A program made the translations under genes and the position numbers. This document shows positions 8,744 to 17,112 of a stretch of DNA of 34,666 nucleotides, piece after piece. Below the pieces are notes generated by a model. The model saw only the letters and a program-made list of their open reading frames with translations, did not search any database and was not told the origin of the DNA. Numbering within the stretch: the stretch's first letter is position 1; every line of letters begins with the position of its first letter. Location: sequence record DRR723986_4825; one strand, written 5' to 3'.

Positions 8744-10371
8744 TTGAAAGTTGGATCGCCGCTGATCACAAGATATTCGCCTGCGTTTCCTAGGCTCGTG
8801 TTGATCCTAGTCTCCCATTCGATACCGGTACCCGGAAAGTGAAGGGGGTATCCAGCAATCTTGATGCGAAAAATAGAGATCAAAGTAGCCAGGAAACCTA
8901 TTATCGGTCGCGTTAACACGCTTGTTATCCACCCTAGTATTTGGTTGGCCCAACTGGGCCAGTCACAAAAAGAGAGCTTAATGCCTTGAGTTGTCAAACG
9001 TGCTCTTAAGTATATTCCATCTGAAGGAAACGTTGGAAAAGCTGAGATTCCAAAGTGTGGGTCAGGTTTCAAATCTACACATGGACCGTGGCAGCGCCAC
9101 TTACCGAATTTTTTAGGATCAAAGTCGAAATGACAAACCCTTGCAAACCCGCCTATCGTCGCGTCAGCAGTGACATTGACCCCGCCGGTAACAACCTGAG
9201 CTCGCCCGTTTTCGACCGCCAAGCTCCAACCGGCTTCTGCCTTTACAAGTCGGTCGAGTTGCTTGCTACCCTGCCAACCCTCCGAAATTTTTAGCTGGGA
9301 ATTCGCGACAGAGTCGAAAAGTTTATCGTTTGATAGAAGGAAAATGTTCTCAGGATAGTTCGTTGTCGCAGAAGGTTTTGAAATTTCTCTCAAGGCTTCA
9401 ACCTCAGATTGGCTTCTTTCCGCTAAATTCTCGATCCAGTCTACGGCATCTGAGTGGCTGATCTCCTCAGAACTCAAGCCCCGTTTTACCTGTTCATCAG
9501 GAATAAATTTCTCTTTCTCTGTGAACTCGCGATATCTCTGAGTAAGCTCGCTTGCTGCTACCTGAAGGTCTGAATGGGATGGACCAAATGTTGGTATGAT
9601 CTGAGCACCGACGATCAGGTAGCCTTCATCAAGTAGCAGGTAGTCTGCTTGGAGAGCGACACCATCAACCAACTCGATGGCACGGGGGAGTTCGAATTGC
9701 TGTACAAAATTTCTAATTTGGGTGTTAAGAACATTGTTCAGCAGTAACAAGATTAGCTGCTCGACCTTCGCACACCAAACTGGATCGTCAGATGACCAAG
9801 GGTTTATTCTTGGGTTAGTCGTGCTGGAACCAGGATCAACAATTTTAGACCGTATTTCAGTGGCGATGACTGAGAGTGGTTTTGAAAAAGCAATTTTTAT
9901 GGGTTCAAGCTTTACTGCTCTGCCGCCTGCTCCGTCATCTTCTAGAAACACAGCGGCACGGCAGGATAAGTCCCAAGCGAAATCAACGCTTAACTTAACA
10001 TTTGACATATCCTGGCCGTCAAAAACATCTACGGTAAACTCGACCTTAGACGATGAAAGTGACAGATTTGGTGGTGCTTTTGTTTCGTCTGCAAAGCTGG
10101 GTAGCTCACTTCTTTTCTCAAGGAGATGCCGCTTCCAAACTTTCATGAACCGTGTTGCAGTTATCGGGCGGCCAAACGAAAATTTAATCGGATTGGCGAC
10201 GTGAAATGTTATTCGGATCCAGTCATCAAACTCCTTAATCATTGTGCTGCCTGTGTAGATCGCCGGATTGCCTATCTTATGCGCCTTTGAAAATCTGTTA
10301 AGGAAAATTTCGTTCAATCCACCGGCTACTTGAACACCAGCGTCTGACAACTTTTGATATGGAATCGGCAT
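8740..10371 (-). CDS. Hypothetical protein, possible tandem TULIP (BPI/LBP-like) fold
   Basis: 543 aa ORF with AAGGA RBS; two similarly organised halves, each ending in amphipathic helix-Pro-strand-'YL(I/V)' pattern; fold call is by eye only. Confidence 0.75.
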   Translation of the reverse strand: MPIPYQKLSDAGVQVAGGLNEIFLNRFSKAHKIGNPAIYTGSTMIKEFDDWIRITFHVANPIKFSFGRPITATRFMKVWKRHLLEKRSELPSFADETKAPPNLSLSSSKVEFTVDVFDGQDMSNVKLSVDFAWDLSCRAAVFLEDDGAGGRAVKLEPIKIAFSKPLSVIATEIRSKIVDPGSSTTNPRINPWSSDDPVWCAKVEQLILLLLNNVLNTQIRNFVQQFELPRAIELVDGVALQADYLLLDEGYLIVGAQIIPTFGPSHSDLQVAASELTQRYREFTEKEKFIPDEQVKRGLSSEEISHSDAVDWIENLAERSQSEVEALREISKPSATTNYPENIFLLSNDKLFDSVANSQLKISEGWQGSKQLDRLVKAEAGWSLAVENGRAQVVTGGVNVTADATIGGFARVCHFDFDPKKFGKWRCHGPCVDLKPDPHFGISAFPTFPSDGIYLRARLTTQGIKLSFCDWPSWANQILGWITSVLTRPIIGFLATLISIFRIKIAGYPLHFPGTGIEWETRINTSLGNAGEYLVISGDPTFK

Positions 10372-10672
10372 CGTGTCGTCCTTAATGAACTATGTAAAAA
10401 ATATCTAATCAGGTTTTTATCGAAGCCGACGAGTTACGTAAAGTCAAGGCGGTTGTGATTTGGATCAAGATTTCTGAAAGCAGATCAGATCAAAGAGACA
10501 TAGCTGAGGCCTTGAGTACCCCCCATTTTAATGGAGGATTACCCTTGTAGGTCAACATCGGTGCGGTAATGTGGAAAAAGACTATTGCGAAACTGCCTCA
10601 GATTCGTGAATTTACAACCGATCTTCTCGTGATCAAGTTTCTCGATTCACACTCTAAATATTGGAAGTAAAT

Positions 10673-11392
10673 ATGTTTTTAAAAAAGAATATTCCTCTTT
10701 CGACCGTCGTGCTTTTGTCTTTGGCGGCTTGTAGTAGACCTATGACGGACGGCGAAATATCGTACAGCGGAGAGATCATTTCTCAAGGCTTGAACTTCGG
10801 GGAAGTCCGTTTTTCTGGGCAAGAAACTCAAGGTATCAGGCGGGCAGAGCGCCAATTAGCGCGGGAGGTTCAGCAACTTCTTGAAGCGCCCGGCAATGAA
10901 GAAAGCGCTAACAGGTTGATGTCTAGTCTACCGTCACTGTTCGGTGCTGATGCAATTGCAATCGGAAATACAGTCTTCTTTGACCGAGACGTATATTCGT
11001 TCGACTTTTCAACGAGCACCATTGATAGTGATAGATGGCTTATGGCGCACGAAGTTACCCACGTCTGGCAGTGGCAAAACAAAGATGTAACAGGCTATAC
11101 CTTTACGAAGATTGTTTCCGAACATCTAGAATTTGAGGGCGATGTCTACGAGTATACTCTGATTGATGGTAAGCGATTTACCGAATATCGCTTTGAGCAA
11201 CAGGGAGCGATTGTTCAATGCTATGCGATGCTTCGCCAGATCAGCCCAAATGATCCATTGACCCTCAGGCACGAACAAGTCATCCGCTCAGAGTTTCCCC
11301 TGGATGCCATGCTTGAATTAGTTGGTTCAGACAATGATGGGGTAGTCAGGGTTAGAGAAGAAATCGATTTAAATGCGTGTGACGGAAGATAG
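10673..11392 (+). CDS. Lipoprotein with HExxH zinc-metallopeptidase motif (DUF4157-like)
   Basis: Lipobox LAAC, RPMTDGE, AIAIGNTVFF, LMAHEVTHVWQ, YRFEQQG. Confidence 0.8.
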   Translation: MFLKKNIPLSTVVLLSLAACSRPMTDGEISYSGEIISQGLNFGEVRFSGQETQGIRRAERQLAREVQQLLEAPGNEESANRLMSSLPSLFGADAIAIGNTVFFDRDVYSFDFSTSTIDSDRWLMAHEVTHVWQWQNKDVTGYTFTKIVSEHLEFEGDVYEYTLIDGKRFTEYRFEQQGAIVQCYAMLRQISPNDPLTLRHEQVIRSEFPLDAMLELVGSDNDGVVRVREEIDLNACDGR

Positions 11393-11414
11393 ATTAGATG
11401 TGAACTGGGCGGTT

Positions 11415-11432
11415 AAAACGGTCGTTTTTGGC
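11415..11432 (+). repeat. 18-bp direct repeat, right copy (att/res-like)
   Basis: AAAACGGTCGTTTTTGGC, identical to 8320-8337; followed by further TGCCA/TTGGC motifs to 11521. Confidence 0.85.
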
Positions 11433-11669
11433 ACTGACGGCGCGACTTCCAAAATCACTGAAAAATCTTGTGCCACAAACCCTTGGCAAAACTCAGTTTG
11501 ATTTTGGCAAGTTTTTGGCCATCCTTGAAAACCGGACATTCACGCGATGCGCAGCAAATAGCAAAGTGGCTCCTTGCAGTCATGCGGCGTTGCAATGAAA
11601 TCTACAGTTTCGAGACCGCTTGAATGTCGGCTTCCAACATAGCGGTATGAATGGCTTGCGCCCGCAGAG

Positions 11670-11840
11670 AATGTCCGCAATCCGCCCGATGTGTAGGACG
11701 GCCATGTCAGCTTTGGGCTGACTGCGGTCATCTGAAGGTTTTCGCAACCAACTTACGCTGACCAAAATGATCGAGCGGCAGCTCTGCGCAGATTGCGACC
11801 TTTGCAAAGTCTCGCGGACTGACCAAAGCAGACCTTGCAG
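11670..11840 (+). repeat. Composite intergenic repeat (three palindromic units)
   Basis: Units with spacers CCGCCC (11670), GGGCTG (11704) and GCGCAG (11774); same order as 22144-22273; 25 bp TGCGCAGATTGCGACCTTTGCAAAG (11785-11809) identical to 22249-22273. Confidence 0.85.
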
Positions 11841-12021
11841 TGGCACCTAACTGCTACCTTGCAGCGCTACCAAGCCAGTCGTTTGACACGTCACCTAGCA
11901 GATTGGAGCCATTGGCACTGACGCTAGGCAGAACCTACATTCACAAAACAGAAAACCTGCGCCTTCGATTGCACGCCAAGATTTTGGGCTTGGGTGTTTT
12001 AGCCAATCAGCAGTCGTCACA

Positions 12022-13131
12022 TCACAAGTAATTCAACATTTTGCTGATCCAAAAGAGGATCTCAGCCAGCACGCCAATTGCACCGGCCTCATCTGTGATT
12101 ATCAGAACTGTGCCAGAAGCGCCCAGTTGCACGGCCTCGGTTGGGACATCCGCCGGTATATCCATCTTCACGATATACTGAGAGCCGCCGCCAACTTCGC
12201 GAATAGATGGCAAGCCATTGCGGGGCGAAAACACGCCTTCCGCAGACCCGAATGGGATTGCCGTTATTGGCGCCGAAATTTCGGTACCGGGCAAAGTACC
12301 TAGCGCAACCCGCAGGATGTCACCAACCGCAACGTTTTGTCGGCTGGTTTGTGGGAGAGACGCAACGAATACACGATCGGATGGCGAGGCGAAGCTGAGT
12401 ACGCCAGAAACCGGCGCGACGCGATCTCCGACACGCAAATCAAGCGCTGTGACCACTCCGTCTGCAGGAGCACGCACGACCGTTTGCTCCAGTGCCCAAG
12501 TTGCTTTAACAAGAGTTTCTTGGGCTTCTATGACGCCAATATCAACATCGCCGATTGTCGCCGATATCCGTCGCTGAAGGCTTGCTCTGCGCGCCTTGGC
12601 GCCACGAATGCCCGCTGTGAGTTGCTCAATTGTTGACACCGCTTCCTGCATTTGGAACCCGGCAGAGGCGCCTCTTTCCTCGAGTACGACAATGTCGTCC
12701 CGACGTTGGATTCCAAATTTTAGCTGGGCTTCGAGGCTTTCGATTTCTGCGTCTGCAGCCTGCAAATCAAATTTCAACTGTTCGGCTGCTGAGAACGCAG
12801 CTTCCAGTCCTGCCTCCGCGCTCGCGACATCTGCGACCATTGTGGTCGGATCAATTTTGAAAAGAACATCACCCTTCTTGATTGGCACATTTGGTGTGAC
12901 CGAGACTTCCGTCACGGTGCCCGACACATTGGGTTTGACCTGGATCACCACGCCCTGAACCGAGACACTTCCGGTGGGTGTAGTGTGGTTCAACGCCCCC
13001 ACGACGACCAATGCAATCACGAGCGCAATACCGTAAACGCATGTCTTCCACGCGGTGTTCCAGGGCAACAAGTTGAATTTTGAGAACACGAGCCAAATGG
13101 CTCCAAAGTATAACCCCAGAATGATCAGCAT
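12022..13131 (-). CDS. HlyD family membrane fusion/secretion protein (YiaV/YibH-like)
   Basis: Two N-terminal TM segments, PNVSGTVTEV...KKGDVLFKIDP, coiled coil, TVVRAPADGVV; AGGAGG RBS before ATG 13131. Confidence 0.9.
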   Translation of the reverse strand: MLIILGLYFGAIWLVFSKFNLLPWNTAWKTCVYGIALVIALVVVGALNHTTPTGSVSVQGVVIQVKPNVSGTVTEVSVTPNVPIKKGDVLFKIDPTTMVADVASAEAGLEAAFSAAEQLKFDLQAADAEIESLEAQLKFGIQRRDDIVVLEERGASAGFQMQEAVSTIEQLTAGIRGAKARRASLQRRISATIGDVDIGVIEAQETLVKATWALEQTVVRAPADGVVTALDLRVGDRVAPVSGVLSFASPSDRVFVASLPQTSRQNVAVGDILRVALGTLPGTEISAPITAIPFGSAEGVFSPRNGLPSIREVGGGSQYIVKMDIPADVPTEAVQLGASGTVLIITDEAGAIGVLAEILFWISKMLNYL

Positions 13132-13297
13132 TATTTGCGCGCCTCCTAGTCGAATTTCCGCTCTCACGTCCATCTACCTGTGTTCAGGCCTCGCAAGAGA
13201 GTGCTGGATTTATACAAAGATGTTTTTGGCTATGTCCACTCGGACCAGACCAAACAATCTTTCTGTTCTGTCTCGGAGCCTCAATGGGCACCAAGTT

Positions 13298-13335
13298 GAA
13301 AAGACGCCCGCAACCTTAGGTGGCGGCGGACGTTT
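13298..13335 (-). terminator. Possible intrinsic terminator after the sulfatase
   Basis: Imperfect GC-rich hairpin followed by TCTTTT on the minus strand, just past the stop codon. Confidence 0.35.
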
Positions 13336-13346
13336 GACGGATGTTG

Positions 13347-15095
13347 CTAGCCGTTGATGTTTTTCGCCAAGCTAGGATCGAACGGTAATTCGTCGAGGTG
13401 TTCGATATACTCCAGCGGATCAAAGGGCATGTTCTGCAGAGCTTGTGGAGGTTCGGCTAGAGCTTTAATTCCGGGCGTTGCATTGCTAATCCCAGTCCAA
13501 GGAATGCCATGTGTTTCCGGTGAATCTGGATACTTCTTTTTCCATAACTCATGACGCAACCGCATCCGATTGAAAGGTGTCTTCAAATGGACAAGCTGGA
13601 TCAGCATCGGCAACATCTCCCGAGGATCGGGTGGGAGGAAATAGAAGGCCGCGGGTATGCCGCTTGCATCTCCAACAGGATCTGGGGAGATCCAGTGACG
13701 CTTGTAGTCTCCCTTGACGGTCGCCCCCAATTGCGAGCCAGCATAGATGAAGACGTGGTCTCGCCGGCTGTAAGTATCTCCGTTGAGAAGTAACGAAGTT
13801 TGATCGATGCCGTCCACGATCCGATCAGTAGGGATATGCTGTGTCGCGCCGGCAATGCGTGCAAATGTTGTGAACAGATCGGTTTCATGGATGATATCAC
13901 CTACTGGGCCTGGCTTAATAGTGCCGGGCCACCATGCTTGCGCGGGAACACGGACACCGCCTTCAAGGAAATCGCCTTTACCACCACGGAAAATGGTCTG
14001 GTTCATACCAGAAGCAGGGGGAGGATCATGTGCCATTGGTCCATTGTCCGCCATCGCAATTACGAGGGTGTTCTCTTCAATGCCCAACTCTTGCAGCTTG
14101 GCAACAATTTGACCCATAAATGGATCGATATTGCATTCCAAAGCTTCGTGCAAAAGACTGCGACCGACGGAACACTTCTCCGGCAGAGGCAACATTGTCG
14201 TCATGATAGGCCAATTGGCGACGTAAAACGGTTTGTTCGCTTTGGCACTTCGCTCAATGAAATCGAGTGTGCGACGCTGCGATTCAGGATCGATCTGTTT
14301 GTAACTTTCGAAGCTATTGTCCCCCCATTGGCGGCTTTCGCCTCCTTTGGTTCCCTCACCGATCATCACCCAGTCCTTGGTGATAAATGTGTCGTCCATC
14401 ATGTAGGGGTCTTCGGGAAGCATATCTTGAAACAGCCCAATCGAGGCATTTGCAGCTTCGCCTGCACGTGAATGCATCGCCAGAATGGCATTGTACCCAG
14501 TGAAGAATGATTCATCAAAGCCTTGGTTGTGCGGATAGCTTTGCTCGATATCGCCAAGATGCCATTTTCCGTGGAAGGCTGTTGCATAGCCGACTTCCGA
14601 CAAAACTTCTGCAATTGTTACCTCCCTTTCATTTAGGCCGTGGCTTTCAAGAAGCATACCGATATTGTAGCTACCGCTACGAATGGCAAGCCGTCCAGTA
14701 GCGGAAGCAGCACGGCTGGGAGTGCAACCGACTTCGGTGTACATCCGTGTAAATAACATGCCTTCCTCAGCCATCTGGTTCAGAACAGGCGTTTTCATGC
14801 CCCGGACCATCTGAATCTCAGGAATGCCAACATCGCCATATGCTGTGTCGTCCCACATGACATGAATGATATTCGGCGGCCTTCCGAATTTTTCCTGGAG
14901 GGCTGCAAGTCGCTCGTCGAGGGCCTTATCTTCAACGGCCCAACGCTGGCTGTGTTGGGCTTCGAGAATGTAATATTCTGCGTCGTGGATGATGGGGGCT
15001 TCAGAAATGGCGGGCCCAGCTATCACTCCTGTGATGATCGATGCTACGGCAGCGAGGCCGAAGCGATGACGTATTGGAGGAGCGTGGATTTTCAT
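13347..15095 (-). CDS. Arylsulfatase-family (formylglycine-dependent) hydrolase
   Basis: PPNIIHVMWDD, CTPSR (CxPxR), GKWHLG, ADNG, GGKG..EGGVRVP motifs; signal peptide. Confidence 0.93.
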   Translation of the reverse strand: MKIHAPPIRHRFGLAAVASIITGVIAGPAISEAPIIHDAEYYILEAQHSQRWAVEDKALDERLAALQEKFGRPPNIIHVMWDDTAYGDVGIPEIQMVRGMKTPVLNQMAEEGMLFTRMYTEVGCTPSRAASATGRLAIRSGSYNIGMLLESHGLNEREVTIAEVLSEVGYATAFHGKWHLGDIEQSYPHNQGFDESFFTGYNAILAMHSRAGEAANASIGLFQDMLPEDPYMMDDTFITKDWVMIGEGTKGGESRQWGDNSFESYKQIDPESQRRTLDFIERSAKANKPFYVANWPIMTTMLPLPEKCSVGRSLLHEALECNIDPFMGQIVAKLQELGIEENTLVIAMADNGPMAHDPPPASGMNQTIFRGGKGDFLEGGVRVPAQAWWPGTIKPGPVGDIIHETDLFTTFARIAGATQHIPTDRIVDGIDQTSLLLNGDTYSRRDHVFIYAGSQLGATVKGDYKRHWISPDPVGDASGIPAAFYFLPPDPREMLPMLIQLVHLKTPFNRMRLRHELWKKKYPDSPETHGIPWTGISNATPGIKALAEPPQALQNMPFDPLEYIEHLDELPFDPSLAKNING

Positions 15096-15121
15096 TGGAG
15101 GATCCTCATTGTTGAAGGCTA

Positions 15122-15376
15122 TTAGTTGTTTGGCTGATCAAAAGGATTGGCGCTGTTTGTGAAAGCACTGCGCAGGTCCTGTTCGAGCTCCAAAAGAGCC
15201 GCTGAAATGTCATCGATTGCGGGCTGATTCTGGGCGCGTCGTTGGTGGCCAAGGTCTTCTAAAAGACAGGCATAATCTGTGACGATCTCCCGGAACATCT
15301 CATTGTCTGCGATTAGTTGGTCGAGTTTCGTACGGTGCGGGAGAAACAGCTCTACCAATTCTTGCGGGCATTTCAT
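15122..15376 (-). CDS. Small helical hypothetical protein
   Basis: ORF directly upstream of the sulfatase, same strand; FREIVTDY...LLELEQDL helical pattern; start uncertain (15376 ATG or 15388 TTG). Confidence 0.65.
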   Translation of the reverse strand: MKCPQELVELFLPHRTKLDQLIADNEMFREIVTDYACLLEDLGHQRRAQNQPAIDDISAALLELEQDLRSAFTNSANPFDQPNN

Positions 15377-15506
15377 TAAAATCGCCAACCTCTGCTTATC
15401 CTTCGAAGTTTAGCGATCTTGCCATTGGGAAGGTAAGTGTCATATCGTGAGACTCGCCCCTGTCACGTCAGAAGAAACCCGTTTAAAGCACTGTATTTAT
15501 TTAATA

Positions 15507-16826
15507 ATGAAAATCACCCATCTCCCAACACATGACGATATTGATCGGGCTTTGTCACGAGTCACAAACAGCGAGATGCTTCAAAACTCTGATCGCTCCA
15601 AAGAATTTCTTCAGTATGTGGTGAGGGAATCTCTTGCCAACCGCGCAAACTCAATCCGAGGAAAAACCATCGCGGCTGACGTGTTCGGTCGGGACCCCAC
15701 GGAGAAAGACAGCGACAATGTTGTGCGAGTCGAGGCAAGAAGGTTGCGCCGCAAGCTTGGAGACTACTATCAACAAGAAGGCAAAAATGACCTGCTGCGC
15801 ATCCATATTGACTCTGGCGGATATGTACCTCGATTTGAAGTCGTGGAAGTTGTTGAGCCATCGCCGGGGGAGCCCTCCGGTGCTAAACTTGAAAAGTGGA
15901 AAGTGCTCGTGGTCGCCTGTGTTTTAGTCGTCCTAATTGGGCTCGGTTACTTGGCGCTTCAGTATGCCATAGGCCCACAGTTGATTGCTATACCATCGCA
16001 GCAACAGGCCAGTGAACGCAAAGCATTACGAGAAAAATCTCTGGCAACTTTGCAAGCGGCGAATCTTGATCTTCAAGGGCGCAATTTGCTCTTTCCTCTG
16101 TTTGATCCGGACCGCCAGAAACTCGCGATATCGCTGTTTCAAAAATCGATGGAAATCGATCCAACCTACTTTGCCAGTTACGCAAGTGCAGCCCACAGCT
16201 TTGGGACATTGGCGTTGATGACGCCTTCTGGCCTGGATAGGGAAAAACTGCGATTGAAGTCTGTTGAAATGGCCGCAAAAGCGGTCGAGCTGGCGCCTCA
16301 GGAGGCGTGGGCCCAAGCCGCCAATGCGTGGGCCCACCATGTTTCAAGAGATTTTGATGCAGCGGTTCGTATTGTAGAACTCGCCCTGCAATTGGATCCG
16401 AACGATGCGAGCGTTTTGGACACGTACGGGTTGGTCATGCTTGTTAATGGAGAATTTGAGAAATCCGTTGCCGCCACCGGGCCTGACATATTGTATCAAG
16501 ACAATGGGTTGCGTCTTGGGCGACGCAATATTTTTGCTGTATCATCGTTCCACCTTGGGAAATACCAAAACACGCTGGATAGCTTGGCTCTTGCTGTCGA
16601 ACATGGCGATCCCGTGAGCGGCCCAACATTAGTGTTCACTGCGGTGGCTTATGAAGGGTTGGGACAAACAGAAAAGGCGAGGGCGGTTTTGCGCGAATTA
16701 AGAAGCACATATCCCGGGTTCCGTCCATATGCTGTGTTCTCTCAGTTCTATACAGAGCCAAAGGATGCACTGCAGATCCTTAGCTATTTGGTGCGCGCAG
16801 GGTGGAACGAAGATTGGATCGAGTAA
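15507..16826 (+). CDS. Membrane-anchored regulator: N-terminal winged-helix-like domain, TM helix, TPR repeats
   Basis: FLQYVVRE..IAADVFGRD..VVRVEARRLRRKL.DYY..GGYVPRF, then hydrophobic VLVVACVLVVLIGLGYLAL, then TPR-like repeats (AVELAPQ, ALQLDPND). Confidence 0.8.
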   Translation: MKITHLPTHDDIDRALSRVTNSEMLQNSDRSKEFLQYVVRESLANRANSIRGKTIAADVFGRDPTEKDSDNVVRVEARRLRRKLGDYYQQEGKNDLLRIHIDSGGYVPRFEVVEVVEPSPGEPSGAKLEKWKVLVVACVLVVLIGLGYLALQYAIGPQLIAIPSQQQASERKALREKSLATLQAANLDLQGRNLLFPLFDPDRQKLAISLFQKSMEIDPTYFASYASAAHSFGTLALMTPSGLDREKLRLKSVEMAAKAVELAPQEAWAQAANAWAHHVSRDFDAAVRIVELALQLDPNDASVLDTYGLVMLVNGEFEKSVAATGPDILYQDNGLRLGRRNIFAVSSFHLGKYQNTLDSLALAVEHGDPVSGPTLVFTAVAYEGLGQTEKARAVLRELRSTYPGFRPYAVFSQFYTEPKDALQILSYLVRAGWNEDWIE

Positions 16827-16955
16827 CTTACGAAGCTCGTTTTGTGGTTTTGGCCAACATAATTAGGAAGGCCGCTTTGACCAAGTGACGGCCATCAAAC
16901 GGCGCCCTCTGGCATCTTACTTGTATTTCGACAAAAAAAACGTGCCGATGCATCG

Positions 16956-17032
16956 AACGTCTCCTTTCGGCCCCAATCGGACATTCATGCTAAGTGCGGA
17001 GAACGGTATGTTTGAGCCCAAAATGAGACATT
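16956..17032 (+). repeat. Two copies of the ~30-bp palindromic repeat
   Basis: AACGTCTCC-TTT-CGGCCC-CAA-TCGGACATT (16956-16985) and AACGGTATG-TTT-GAGCCC-AAAA-TGAGACATT (17002-17032). Confidence 0.65.
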
Positions 17033-17112
17033 GACCAGTAGATAGTCCAAGGTAGCTGCCGGCCACAAAGGTTCTTTCCGCCAGGCTAGAACACCCCAAA
17101 TCTCCCATGCCT

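Noticed and set aside
10513-10537. TGAGTACCCCCCATTTTAATGGAGG resembles an IS3-family terminal repeat
   Set aside because: Single short resemblance from memory; no partner end or transposase remnant found
13210-13255. Minus-strand peptide VRVDIAKNIF resembles an IS110 transposase N-terminus
   Set aside because: About 10 codons only, ends in a stop; could be chance
13800-14471. 223-aa plus-strand ORF and similar antisense ORFs (9677-10204, 18013-18516, 22749-23330)
   Set aside because: Shadow frames opposite well-supported genes
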